A stretch of DNA of 64,000 bases, from positions 2,691,478 through 2,755,477 of the forward strand of contig MU008158.1 in NCBI GenBank assembly GCA_010909165.1, read 5' to 3'. A program made the translations under genes and the position numbers. Below are positions 39,301-50,710 of this stretch, one piece after another (position 1 is the stretch's first letter; the number at the start of each line of letters is the position of its first letter). This DNA comes from Anthoceros angustus (taxonomy: Eukaryota; Plantae; Anthocerotophyta). A model generated the notes under the pieces. The model made no database searches. It was not told the DNA's origin and worked only from the letters and a program-made list of their open reading frames with translations.

Positions 39301-39805
39301 TCCAATCCAATCCAATCCAATCCTGCCGCAGCATGCCCCGCATGTTAACCTACCTCGACGAGTACCCGGCAGCTCGAACCGCCGTCATGGGCCGGGAAGC
39401 ATCTGTGAGCGCCACGGATGCAACGGAGCGAGCCCGCGGCCTCCCAGAGCTGTGCGGCCTCCACAGCGAGGCGGCGTGCGGCGTCGGCGTCCTGCATGTC
39501 GTGCTGCGGGAGTCGAGAGGGGGGCAAGCCACGAGCCCCTGCGCACACACAAAACATCCCACATTGCGAAATCTGCTCACCGCCATCGTTCATCAGCACA
39601 GGAAGCACAGGACAGGAAGCATCAGGACAGGCCAGTGCACCTGATTGTCAGAGGCAGATGACGCCACGCTCAAAGGCCAGGACTCGGGGTTCGGCCCTCT
39701 CGCACCCAGAGCAGGCTGCTCCTCGTAGTCGTTGTAGCCCTCATACAGCTCGTTGTTGAAGCTCTGCATCGAAGACCGCACATCTCCAGCCCCCGCCATC
39801 GCCAT
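36394..39805 (-). CDS. IFT88: Intraflagellar transport protein 88 (TPR protein), multi-exon
   Basis: NLELTFAVCFNLG, VNMGNVYYEQRKYPVAIKMYRMALDQ, KIMRNIG, AATNLSFLYYLEGD, NRYN...ALVNKGNC, VKWQLLIASCYRRTG and NVESLRYLV, all hallmark IFT88 segments separated by short introns. The ATG at 39805 is used because the listed ORF starts at a TTG. Confidence 0.95.
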
Positions 39806-40085
39806 CGGCGTCGCCAAGGCAGTTTTGCCTCTCCGCTACACTCTGCTGCGCACGCAATTGGAGTTCACCAACATTCCATCAGCAGGCTTTCGCAATTCCC
39901 ATTGGCAGCGACAAATTCGGTTGGGGTTTGCACCGGACCGGCCACACACATGCATGGCACAGACATACATGCATTGCGACGGGACGCATGCAGAGGGCTT
40001 GTGACGGATGGACGCGACGGATGGGCGGCGTTTCGCTTGAGAGGGAGTGTAGTGAGGAGCTTGCGCTCGGGGAGCAGTGACTCGA

Positions 40086-40130
40086 GGCAGAGGCAGAGGC
40101 AGAGGCAGAGGCACACGGAGAAGCAGAGGC
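40086..40130. repeat. (GGCAGA)n simple repeat in the 5' region of the protamine-like gene
   Basis: ggcagaggcagaggcagaggcagaggca...gcagaggca. Confidence 0.8.
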
Positions 40131-40142
40131 AGGGAGCAGAGA

Positions 40143-40643
40143 ATGGGGAGGGCTCATCACCATCACCGCAAGTCCAGGCGCAGGCACAGGCGCAGGAGTA
40201 AGCACGCGGGCGGGCACAAACATGGCAAGAGGAGGAGGCATCATCCCACCTACCACTACATGATACAGAAGGTGCTGGCGAGCAGCAAGCACCGCGTGGC
40301 GGGATGCAGTGCAGACAGCATCGCGCACCTGTGCATGAAGATGTATGGGAGGAAGAAGGGGCCTCCTCCACTGCACATGGCCAAGCACATCCACAAGCAG
40401 GTGCGCCAGCTCTTCAGAAAAGGCAAGCTAGCGCAGAAAGGCCATCGCTACGTCCTGGCGGCCAATGTGAAGATTCACCGTCGTCGCTCTGGCCGCCGCA
40501 AGGGCCACCGCAAGGGAAAAGGCCGCCATCGTCGCCGGCGCAGACGCGGACGCAAGCATGGACGCAAGCATGGCCGCAAGCACGGCCGAAAGGGCCACAA
40601 GCGCAGGCGTCGTCGCAGAAGGAGGCGCCGCAAACACCATTAG
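40143..40643 (+). CDS. Histone H1-derived protamine-like sperm nuclear basic protein (166 aa, intronless)
   Basis: The central segment HPTYHYMIQKVL...CSADSIA...HIHKQVRQLFRKGKLAQKGHRYVL aligns by eye with the linker-histone winged helix (HPxYxxMIxxAI...SS..AI...LKxLVxxGKL.x.K.SYKL). It is flanked by R/H/K-rich tails with GRKH repeats and a poly-Arg end. The first in-frame ATG is at 40143. Confidence 0.85.
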   Translation: MGRAHHHHRKSRRRHRRRSKHAGGHKHGKRRRHHPTYHYMIQKVLASSKHRVAGCSADSIAHLCMKMYGRKKGPPPLHMAKHIHKQVRQLFRKGKLAQKGHRYVLAANVKIHRRRSGRRKGHRKGKGRHRRRRRRGRKHGRKHGRKHGRKGHKRRRRRRRRRRKHH

Positions 40644-41603
40644 CTTCCACACGTAGAGATATCTAGCTACTAGATATCTCATGGCACCCTGGGTATGTAT
40701 GTATGTCAAAAACCGAGCCATGCCAAAGCCGCAGGGCCTCAACCTTACCTCCTATCTAAAACACAACCCAGAATTCCACAATGTATTTCAAAAAAGAATC
40801 AAATTCCTGAATATGGGTCCACTGCGACTACCTATACTTTGGGGCACTACACCTTCCCTGGATTTGAATTCATATCTCAGCACTCTCAAAATTCAAAATG
40901 ACTCCCTCCTCTTCATCGTCCCCAACCTTCTTCTTCAAGGTGGCTTTTTTTTGCAGCTTGCCTTTGCACCCATCCTTCTTGTATTTCAAGTTGGACTCTT
41001 TCCCAAGCTAGCATTCTCGCAAGGTACATGTTGTCTCTTTCAAGTTGGGTTTTTTCCCAAGCTTGCTTTTGTTCAAGGTACATGAATCTTGATTTCTATA
41101 TTAATGTATTATATATATATATATATAATATTATCAAATTGAATCTTCTATTATATGTGAACAAATTAGTTGAAAGTGCGAGTAAAATTGAGATACATGA
41201 GATGAAATCTTGGTTATGACCTAAACAATATACCTACTGATCTGTTCCATCTTAACCATTTTTTTTTCAATGGTCATACATTTGTGATTGATTAATAGTC
41301 ATTGCTTTATTAAGAAACTTCATAATGTTGCAAAAGTATATCTTGTGCTTTCATATCTACTTGCCATGGTTCACTTATCTCATGATGCATGTATGCCAAC
41401 ATTGTGACAAAATCTGGATTATAAATAAGCGACAAAGATTAACACAAAAAATGACCCTATGACATAAAAATTGTCAATTAGCTTGTGAGAGTCTTTTTTA
41501 TCGCGATTGCTTATGAGAGTCTTTGATCTTTTGTTCAAAGCGTTGTACTTTTATTTTATTGATTGATAATAAAAATTTAAATTTCCGAATAAGATTCTTG
41601 AAA

Positions 41604-42743
41604 ATGCCTTGTGCAAACACTTGTGACAAGCAACTTCCTTGTGCTTTGGCCACGAAAATTCAAGAAGAACCTCTTGAAAATGCCTTTCTTTCAGGTGGGG
41701 ATATCAGGGTGATGTACAATATTTATAAATATCCTGAAAATTTATATACAACTAATGATGATCGTGAAATTTGGATGTTAAAAGAATCAAAATTGTTGTG
41801 CAAAAGGATCAAATTATTGGAAAGGTTTAGATTTGAAGAAAGTGCCTTCCAGTTAAGTAACCAATTAGTACATCACCTTGCTTGCATCCACAATCCGAGT
41901 TACATTTATCCAACTAAGCAGATAGATGAGTGGGGTTACTTGTTGAAAGGTGAGGATAAACTTTGCAAGCGACAATGGAATGAATATCTAGATTCCAAAG
42001 CCTTCGACCAACTCTTCCTCAAACTCTCACAAATCTTGCCAGACAATATGCAATCCAAGCAGAGTTTTGGAAAAGTTGCTTCTGAATTCATTGCAAAACA
42101 AGTTGTAATAAGTCGTACCATCACTGTTAAAAGTAAAACAGCTATGCAATACTCGCTTTTACCTGAAAGCACATTTTTGGGAATAAAAATATTAGTGGAA
42201 GCACCTAATTTTTCAAAGCTTTCAAACAAATATTTGAAAGAGTTCCTACTTCTATATAAGGAAATGGCAGCAGCATGCCTTGGAATGTGGAGGCTCCAAA
42301 AGTTGGGAACTCAATTAATGAACATTATTTTAAGGGCTTATGCTGCGAGTTTACATATCCAAGATTCTGCTCTTAGGGATATAAATAATCCAAACCGATA
42401 TGAGTTGTCAAAAAAAGGTACATTACCACTATTTAAAGAGATGTGCCAGAAGCTAGATCTTAATGTTCACCTCCGAGATCTTGCCAAATGTCTACAAACT
42501 CACATGGATGCAACTTGTGATCATGGTCCTTGTATACAAATTGAGCTATCAATAACTGGTATTAAACAACAATATTGGCTTGCTATAAAGTCTAACTTAA
42601 TTCAGGATAGTACAAAGCAGGAAGCATCATATATGACAAATCTTCTTGATAATTGTGATAAGTTAGCTAAATGGGTTGAGGAAATGCATAAAGAGGGGGC
42701 AAAATTTACTGGTCCAATAAGGCCCAGGTGGAAATATGTGTAA
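41604..42743 (+). CDS. Intronless AT-rich ORF of unknown function (379 aa)
   Basis: An uninterrupted 1140-nt ORF from the ATG at 41604, roughly one-third GC. An ORF this long is unlikely by chance at that composition. No family motif was recognised. Confidence 0.6.
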   Translation: MPCANTCDKQLPCALATKIQEEPLENAFLSGGDIRVMYNIYKYPENLYTTNDDREIWMLKESKLLCKRIKLLERFRFEESAFQLSNQLVHHLACIHNPSYIYPTKQIDEWGYLLKGEDKLCKRQWNEYLDSKAFDQLFLKLSQILPDNMQSKQSFGKVASEFIAKQVVISRTITVKSKTAMQYSLLPESTFLGIKILVEAPNFSKLSNKYLKEFLLLYKEMAAACLGMWRLQKLGTQLMNIILRAYAASLHIQDSALRDINNPNRYELSKKGTLPLFKEMCQKLDLNVHLRDLAKCLQTHMDATCDHGPCIQIELSITGIKQQYWLAIKSNLIQDSTKQEASYMTNLLDNCDKLAKWVEEMHKEGAKFTGPIRPRWKYV

Positions 42744-43314
42744 CTAGATTTTAAAATTGTGGTAATATTTTTTAATCAATAAATATTCATAATAAATTAA
42801 AAATAAACTTAAAAACATTTGGAAGGCCAATAAGATCCTAAAACACTTCAAAGGGGGTTATTAGATTACAAAATGATAAATTTAATACATCAAAGTACTC
42901 ATAAAGACATGAAAGAGACTTTGTCCTTGGCGTACCACATTAGAAATATGACTTATGATTAATTTTATATTGTCCTTCTTCAAGTAAAAATGAAGTATGT
43001 ACATGACGCATCAAATAGTAACAAGTGAAAGTTATGAGTTATACTCATAACTAGGTGGATTATAAATAATTTCATGAGTATAGAGAAACTATATTACTTA
43101 TTTATGGTCATGGAACAAATAAATATTACCTCAAACTGTGTATCATAAATATATCTACAACTCTTGAGAACATGGTTATTCTATTCAGCTTAGTTTACTT
43201 AGCAATAAAATCATATACTTCCAATACTTGTCTATGGAGAGATGAGTCACAACTTCTACTACTCTAATTCCATATTCACTTTGGTCTACAGCTTATCAAC
43301 ATAAAGCGAGATTA

Positions 43315-43525
43315 TATTGAAGATAAAATTTTTCTTATATAAAGCTATGGGTGACAAAGTTTTCTTACATGAAGCTTGGATGGCTTTATTGAAAGCAAAG
43401 TTTTCCTTATATTAAGCTATGTGTCCGAAGACTTCGTTGAGGGCAAAGTTTTCCTTATTTCAAGCTGTGTCCTTCCATGGAGACTTCGTTGAAGGCAAAG
43501 TTTTCCTTACATCAGGCTATGAGTC
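43315..43525. repeat. Degenerate short tandem repeats
   Basis: About five copies of (c/t)aaa(g/a)tttt(c)ctta(t/c)..aagct. Confidence 0.6.
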
Positions 43526-44252
43526 CTAGGATGGCAGGACTTCTCCCTACGGATGACGCGAAGAGGACGGCCAAAGATAACGAGATATCCCTGGATTACC
43601 TGGTATGGATTTGCAGTGGCACCAAAGTGCAGGGCAGGCAGTTGTGTGCTACATTGTAGTTATGAGACTGGCTGCACTGAAACATAGTCTTCAGGGTGCC
43701 AAGCCCACTCGTCAACATGATCCATCTGTATCAACTAAGAGAGAATGCACGAAGGCGTGTTTTGAACCGCTGCCACTCCAAGCGCAGCGAGCAAGCCAAC
43801 ACTCTGGTTGCCAATGCGTCAAGCAGAAGCATGATCACGGGTAACGGGCACCGGACAAACTCTTGAGGAACCATGAGGACCTCGCTCCCCACATGAAGAC
43901 TTATGCACAGATTACGGCCCCTTATAGCGTTTAGTGAAGCATCAGGTGGATCAGTTTCCTCCCGGAAACTAGTTCCCTTCCCTTGACGAGACTCCTATCT
44001 TCCGAACTGCATGACTTTGGAAAGTGCCACCACTCCCATCCATCGCGAGCTTCAACAGGACCTGGCAATGGGAAGAGATCCTCCTTCAAGGACGCAAGCA
44101 AACAGGACATGATCGTGCAGTTCGAGCTAAAACCCCAGATGGTTGAGATCTCCTGCTTCTACTGCAACAAATGCGAAGGAAGAGATCCTCCGTCAAGGGC
44201 GCAAGCAAACAGGACATGATCGTGCAGTTCGAGCTAATGAACCAGCTGGTAA

Positions 44253-44463
44253 AATTCTCCTGCTTCTACCCGTACAAATGCGCAGCGCGAATGCGGGGAC
44301 TCGCAATGGGCACATGAAGACCCGTCAAGGAAAATCATGGCCAATATGACTTTCCTTGGGCCATGACTTTCCTTGACGAGTCTTTACATCTCGATTGCGA
44401 GTCGAGACCCTCCCTGCGTTCGCGCTGCGCATTTGTAGCAGTACAAGCAGAAGCAGGAGAATT
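44253..44463. repeat. Foldback element of about 210 bp (MITE-like or hairpin RNA)
   Basis: aattctcctgcttct...tacaaatgcgcagcgcgaa...tcgcaat...aagacccgtcaaggaaaatcatggcc pairs with ggccatgactttccttgacgagtctt...attgcga...ttcgcgctgcgcatttgta...agaagcaggagaatt. Confidence 0.85.
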
Positions 44464-44474
44464 AACGAACCCTC

Positions 44475-44579
44475 TATGTGCCAAACCCTAATTCAAACCG
44501 AAGTACATACATATATTGCGCCCTGCCATATTTGGGCAGGGCGCTATGTACTTTGGGTTGAATTAGGGTTTGGCATATA
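44475..44579. promoter_or_regulatory. 105-bp inverted repeat with a telo-box in each arm, just upstream of RPL8
   Basis: AAACCCTA at 44483-44490 and TAGGGTTT at 44564-44571 lie within the arms tatgtgccaaaccctaattcaaaccgaagtacata and tatgtactttgggttgaattagggtttggcatata. Telo-boxes are established elements of plant ribosomal-protein promoters. Confidence 0.75.
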
Positions 44580-44642
44580 TACAGGAGAGGAGAGTATTTC
44601 GTTCTTTCCCCTCTTGTTCGCGGGGAGGTCCAGGCGGCTCCG

Positions 44643-45518
<876 letters not shown>

Positions 45519-47059
45519 GCACTACAATTTTGGCTACGATTTTTGGAGTAGGGTTTGGAGGATCAGCGGAGGACGAATTCTTCTTGTATTTGGACTGCGG
45601 AGCCTACTCAACTCTACTTGCATCGTGCAGCCTAAAGGTTGTGATTTGTCCTCCCGAGAGGCTGATTTCTGTTTCAATGTATCAATTTTGCTACAGTTGG
45701 ATGTTCCCTCAATTGATCGTCGTATCGGTCTATGTGTACGCATGATCGTGGTTTCCATTATGCTTCGCCGCCTCTGTGTTGCCTTCTTGCCAATGAGACG
45801 CTTTTTCATTTTGCCCCCCTGGATTGCATTTCAGACTGATTTCCAGTCATCCTAAATGCAGTACTACAGCTCAGTGACCCATGTCAGATGGCATGATGGA
45901 CTCTCAAACTTTCGGCACAAGTAAAATGAACAGAGACTGATCTCTGGTGCTTGCTGACGTATCTATCCTTTTTTCGCTGAAGGGACTTGGTTAAGATTAT
46001 GACGCCGATCTCACCAAATTAACATACAGGTTCAGTGGATCAGGTATTTGATTATTACTCCCATGACCATGCCTTCTTCAAAGAGAGCGTCAGGTTCTCT
46101 CTTTGAAGAAGGCGTCATTAACATACAGGAAGATTCAAACGAAGAAGGCGCAAAGCATCACCTTGCCAGGCAAGCCTGGAAGCATCAGCTTGCCATTGCA
46201 CCTTGCCGCCACCCTGAATCACATGTCGGCATACACGTGAACTCTAATGACTCGGAGTTCAAACGGGAATCTATTCGCCATTCCTTACAGCCTTCCAGCT
46301 AGTAGCTTTCACCATAACTTTCACAGTCTTGCACTTGGAGGCCGACGCCAAGGAATCTGAAGTCAGAAGGTTTCTTTATCTCTGTGTCGTTCCTCCTGTC
46401 AGTCAGAAGGCTTCCTATTAAAATGTGTCGTCGACCTCCCGTCCGATTGCCTCGATCCGGACTTACCCTATTCCCAAGGTCTTGGAGCCTTGTTTCAAAG
46501 AGAGAACCTGGAGACATATACAGTGGGGGGTGTAGATTCCCCGGAGCCGTTTGCACAACTTCTTCGTGCAAATCCTGTATCTATGTCACTGACTCCGTCC
46601 ACTGGTTGTAGCTTAAGGTGGAAGTCCCAAGGTTTGGTCTGGCTCGCGAGGCAATCTTGTCTCTTATGATCACAAGTGGCGCCGGCCATGGAATCATGGT
46701 ACAGAAAAGTTTTTCGTCAAAGGCTGCCCAATTGGGTTGAGCATGGAAAGCTTAAGGCTGGTGCTTCGTGCTTACGTCGTGTTGAATTCCCATTGTGCGG
46801 GTGCTACCTGGGTGGCGTCACATGGACGTTGGCTGGTGCTTTAGAGCATCCTGATTGTACATGTTTGGAGGCACATAATGTAGGAATCAGATGGTCACTC
46901 CTATAAAGTTGGTGAAAGCGGCATTGACCCTCACCAATCCTTGGAAGCAAGTCATTTGCATTTGAAGCACCTGAACTGGGCGCTTCCCAGGTGGGCTTGT
47001 TTGTACCAGATCCACGGATCTTATTCAAGTGTCTTTAGGATCCTGAAGTCTGGACTGAG

Positions 47060-49328
47060 ATGGCGACGGTTGGTTTGTGGGTTGCTCTCATTGCGCTTGG
47101 GGTGGCTACAGTGGTGTACTTGTACAAGCGGCCGGCGGCCAAGCTCAAACTTCCACCAGGGCCGCCTGGTATACCTGTGCTCGGGAATCTTCCCGCGGTC
47201 ATAGGCAAAACCAAGCTGCCTCACCACACACTGGCCAGCTTGTCCAAGCCATACGGCCCACTCATGTTCCTCCGCCTTGGTTCCAGGCCTTGCCTCGTGG
47301 CCTCCTCTCCGGAGGTCTTCCGGGAGATCTTCAAGAATCAGGACCAAGTGTTTGCTTCTCGCCCAAGGACTGCGGCGTTCGACGTCTTCTCCCAAAGTGG
47401 CAGAGGCATCTCATTCTCTCCGTAGGGTGAGGGGTGGCGAGAAATGAAGTAAGCTATGAACATGTGGGGCTAGCGCAATGAGGTGAATTTCATAGACTCC
47501 TTTTCGGGATCGTGCTTGGCTCCAGCTAGGGATATGACTAATCTCAACATCTTCCAGGAAACTTATCTCCATGGAGCTTCTGACCAGAGACTAAGCGAGA
47601 TAGAGAGCTGGAGGGTGGCAGAAGTATCGGCCCTGGTGGCAGCTCTTACTCACCACCACACACTGCATGGCACCCACAAATCTGTCATCCTGCGCCCTGT
47701 ACTCAAGGCTGTCGGCTTCAACACCATCACCCAAATGGCCTTCAGGAAGCGGTTCTATGGATACCATAATTTAGAGGAGGAGAGTACTACTGCTAGTACA
47801 AGGAGCCCCCCGGTGTTCAATGACCCTCAAGTGAAGGACATCAGGGTGAGTTCTCCACAAGTTTACTACTAGCAGTGAGCACTTCTCAATCGGCCATACG
47901 ATGAAGTGAACATTCGAACTTTTGAACAGCACTAGTCTTGCCAGGGTGATGTCCAACTGAACAAGTATATTTCTCTCCATGCCTCTGAAGCCAGAGGAGG
48001 GAAACGAGTTCAACGATTTGGCCCAGGATGTCCTCACCATGACTGCTGTTCAGCTGATCGGAGATTTCGTTCCCCAGCTGTCCTTCCTTGACCGATTCTC
48101 TGGTGCTAAGTCTAGAATGGCGAATACTCACGACAGGCTTCACCACTATCTGAGTAGAGTTGTGGAAGAGCATAGGACACATTCCGATAGTGGGCCCGAA
48201 CAACGCGACTTTCTGGACTTTCTCCTCACACTTCAAAACAAAGATGGGTCTCGCTATCTTGATGAACTCGCCATCCGACAACTATGCCATGTAAGCATAC
48301 TGTTCAAATCCTTCAACTTTTGCAAACCTCATATGCACGTTGAATGACAGCATATCTATAGATGTGCCATCGTCCATTTGTAGGAAGTGGTAACCGGAGG
48401 GACGGATACGACAGCCTTTACTGTGGAATGGACCATGTCTGCGCTCGCCATGATTTACATGTCTTCATCGGCAAGCCCATGTTGGCAGTGTCGGCTCCAC
48501 CGGCGGCTGCTGCTTCGGCTGCCATCGACAGGGGGAGCTCACGTCATGGTGATGCTTTTCTCTGGCACTCTAGGCTTGGCCACATTAATCATTCCAAGCT
48601 CTTAGAGATGTCTAAGCAGGATTTGTTTAGGGATAGGCTGCCTACTTTTACAAAGACGCCACCGTTGTGTGAATCATGAGGCACCCAGAGGTCATATCCA
48701 AGTTGATGGCAGAGTTGGACGCTGTGGTGGGTAAGGAGAGGCTGGTGACAGAGGCAGACATCCCCAATTTGCCCTTCCTTCAAGCTGTGGTGAAGGAGAG
48801 TATGCGACTTCATCCCGTGGGCCCTCTCCTCGTACCACATTACTCTATGCAACAGACCAAGGTCTTGGGATACGACATCCCGGAGTCTACCACGGTGCTT
48901 GCCAACATAGGGGCTGTCCAGAGAGACCCTGCTGTTTGGGACAACCCACTACAATTCCGCCCAGAGCGATTATTTGACGAGTAGAATTCAAGCTTTCTTT
49001 TTTGCCAGATTGCAAGTCTCTTTGGAAGGGTATAATCGTCGAGTTAACATGGTTGCTGAATTCCTGTCACTGCAGCCCAGAGATTGATGTGAAACAGCAA
49101 CACTTTGAGCTGCTGCCGTTCGGGAGTGGACGTCGAGGCTTTCCAGGTATGGCCATGGGACTCACCTCAGTGCATTATATCCTGGCTAGGTTGTACCAGG
49201 CTTTCGAGTGGTCTCTTCCCAATGGGATGAAACCAGAAGATGTGGACGTCGAGGAAGCGTTTCAAACGCTCCTCGTAAAAGCCAATGAACTTGAGGCAGT
49301 TCCAACACCTAGAATGATACATGCCTAA
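47060..49328 (+). pseudogene. Cytochrome P450 (CYP71 clan) pseudogene
   Basis: LPPGPPGIPVLGNL, YGPLMFLRLGS, GGTDTT (I-helix), AVVKESMRLHP (ExxR) and FRPERL. Lesions are a TAG at 47423-47425 (FSP*GE), a frameshift near 47590, a copia insert at 48447-48675, and the heme ligand Cys replaced by Phe (PFGSGRRGFPG, TTT at 49140-49142). Confidence 0.92.
48447..48675 (+). mobile_element. Internal Ty1/copia GAG-pre-integrase fragment inserted in a P450 exon
   Basis: FLWHSRLGHINHSKLLEMSK...LPTF...LCES interrupts EWTMSAL|MRHPEV. CATGA is present at both junctions (48449-48453 and 48675-48679). Confidence 0.85.
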
Positions 49329-50479
49329 AACATCCATATGTATCAGTATATTGAACTTTCAGGTAGAACATACCTCGCATAGGGACTTGTCGATAACAAG
49401 AAAATATGGGCCGGAGTGCGTCTTCTCTGCTCCATTGATTCCATCCATGTGCATTAACACACGCATCACTGTCTTATCACCCAGTATACATGCATGGTTT
49501 TGCATACATATCCAACAAACAGGGTGAGATGGACCGATCTCTTCTGTGGAGCAGGTCAAAGAGCTATATGGATATACAGGGAACCCATAATTGTAATTGG
49601 GATGAAAGCCAAGCGATTCGTGGACTGATCCAGCCAAATTTCTGTTATGAAACAGTAAATTCCCAGGTTCAGTACACGAGACAAAGTGAAATAGTGTGCA
49701 GGAGATTTCCAACAATTTCTGGACGACATAAGGTTTTATATGCCTGATGTCCTCCAGATTAGCTGCCCCTCACTTGAAATCCTGCTGCATTTCAGCAGCT
49801 TTGTCCCCTTCACTAATTTTTTCAGTCTGAGATTGCCATCCCCTGTCATACCCAGGCTTCCACACGGGGTGCGAATAGGATTTGGCTGCTTCAGGGTTTG
49901 CTGCAGGTTGTCGTTCTCTGGCACCTTAGGTAGCTTAAACGTTGCTTCTTTGAACTCCAAATGAGACTCATTCAGATCCCTTAGTGCTTCACCTCATGAA
50001 AGTTACCTCAGCAGGTGTGTAACGTTTGGCAGAATTTTGCAGACGTCCTTCTTCAATATGTCCCAGGACAGAATGGGGGGCTTAGCTCCAAGTTCTGCTT
50101 GGAGTGCTCTGTTCTCCCACCACGTTAAAGCCATCGTTTCTAGGCAATATGCTTGATGTCCTCTACTTTAAAGTAGTTGGAGAACCTTCAAGACGCCTTC
50201 CACGAATAAGATCTTTCTGTGCACTGTGCAGTGCATGTCCTGAGGATGTAGTAAAGGAGAGACAGGAAGGTAATTTTCTTGTTGGACCAGAAGGTCTAAT
50301 GTCTCCACACTCTCACTAATCTGAACCACCCCAACTCGTTTGCTCCTTGATCCAACCTTCACACCTAGCCGCCGCCCCCGACGACGACGCCGAGAGGTGG
50401 CAGCAGCAGGGTGCTTCATGCTCTTTTAGGATGCAACTTCCTGATCTGAAAATCGACCAGCTGAGTAGGTGATCCGAAA

Positions 50480-50710
50480 GGCTGAGGGGCCATAATCACA
50501 AACGCTCGCAGGAGACATACAAATGTCAGGGAATCACCACACACGACATTGCCTTGTTCTTGCATAGCTCTGTGGACATCAGCGCTTCCTGCCACATGCA
50601 TGCCCTGCTGGGCATTCGCGTGTTTCAAGAGCAGACAATCAGAAACGTGCCCGACCGTTACCCGCTTTTCAACGTGAAAGCATGGACGCGGCGACCCAAC
50701 ACACCCCATC
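50480..50710 (-). pseudogene. PPR gene fragment
   Basis: ADVHRAMQEQGNV..DSLTFVCLLRA resembles the PLS-PPR motif MQQEGVxPDxxTFVxLLxAC. Confidence 0.5.

Noticed and set aside
40077-40142. Longer N-terminus (TRGRGRGRG) for the protamine-like protein
   Set aside because: It depends on a GTG start and translates a simple repeat. The first in-frame ATG is at 40143.
39865-40394. Minus-strand ORFs of 168 and 171 aa overlapping the protamine-like gene
   Set aside because: These are antisense shadows of a GC-rich repetitive coding sequence and the GGCAGA repeat, with no protein motif.
41604-42743. Microbial terpene-synthase-like gene as the identity of the orphan ORF
   Set aside because: No DDxxD or NSE/DTE metal-binding motifs were seen.
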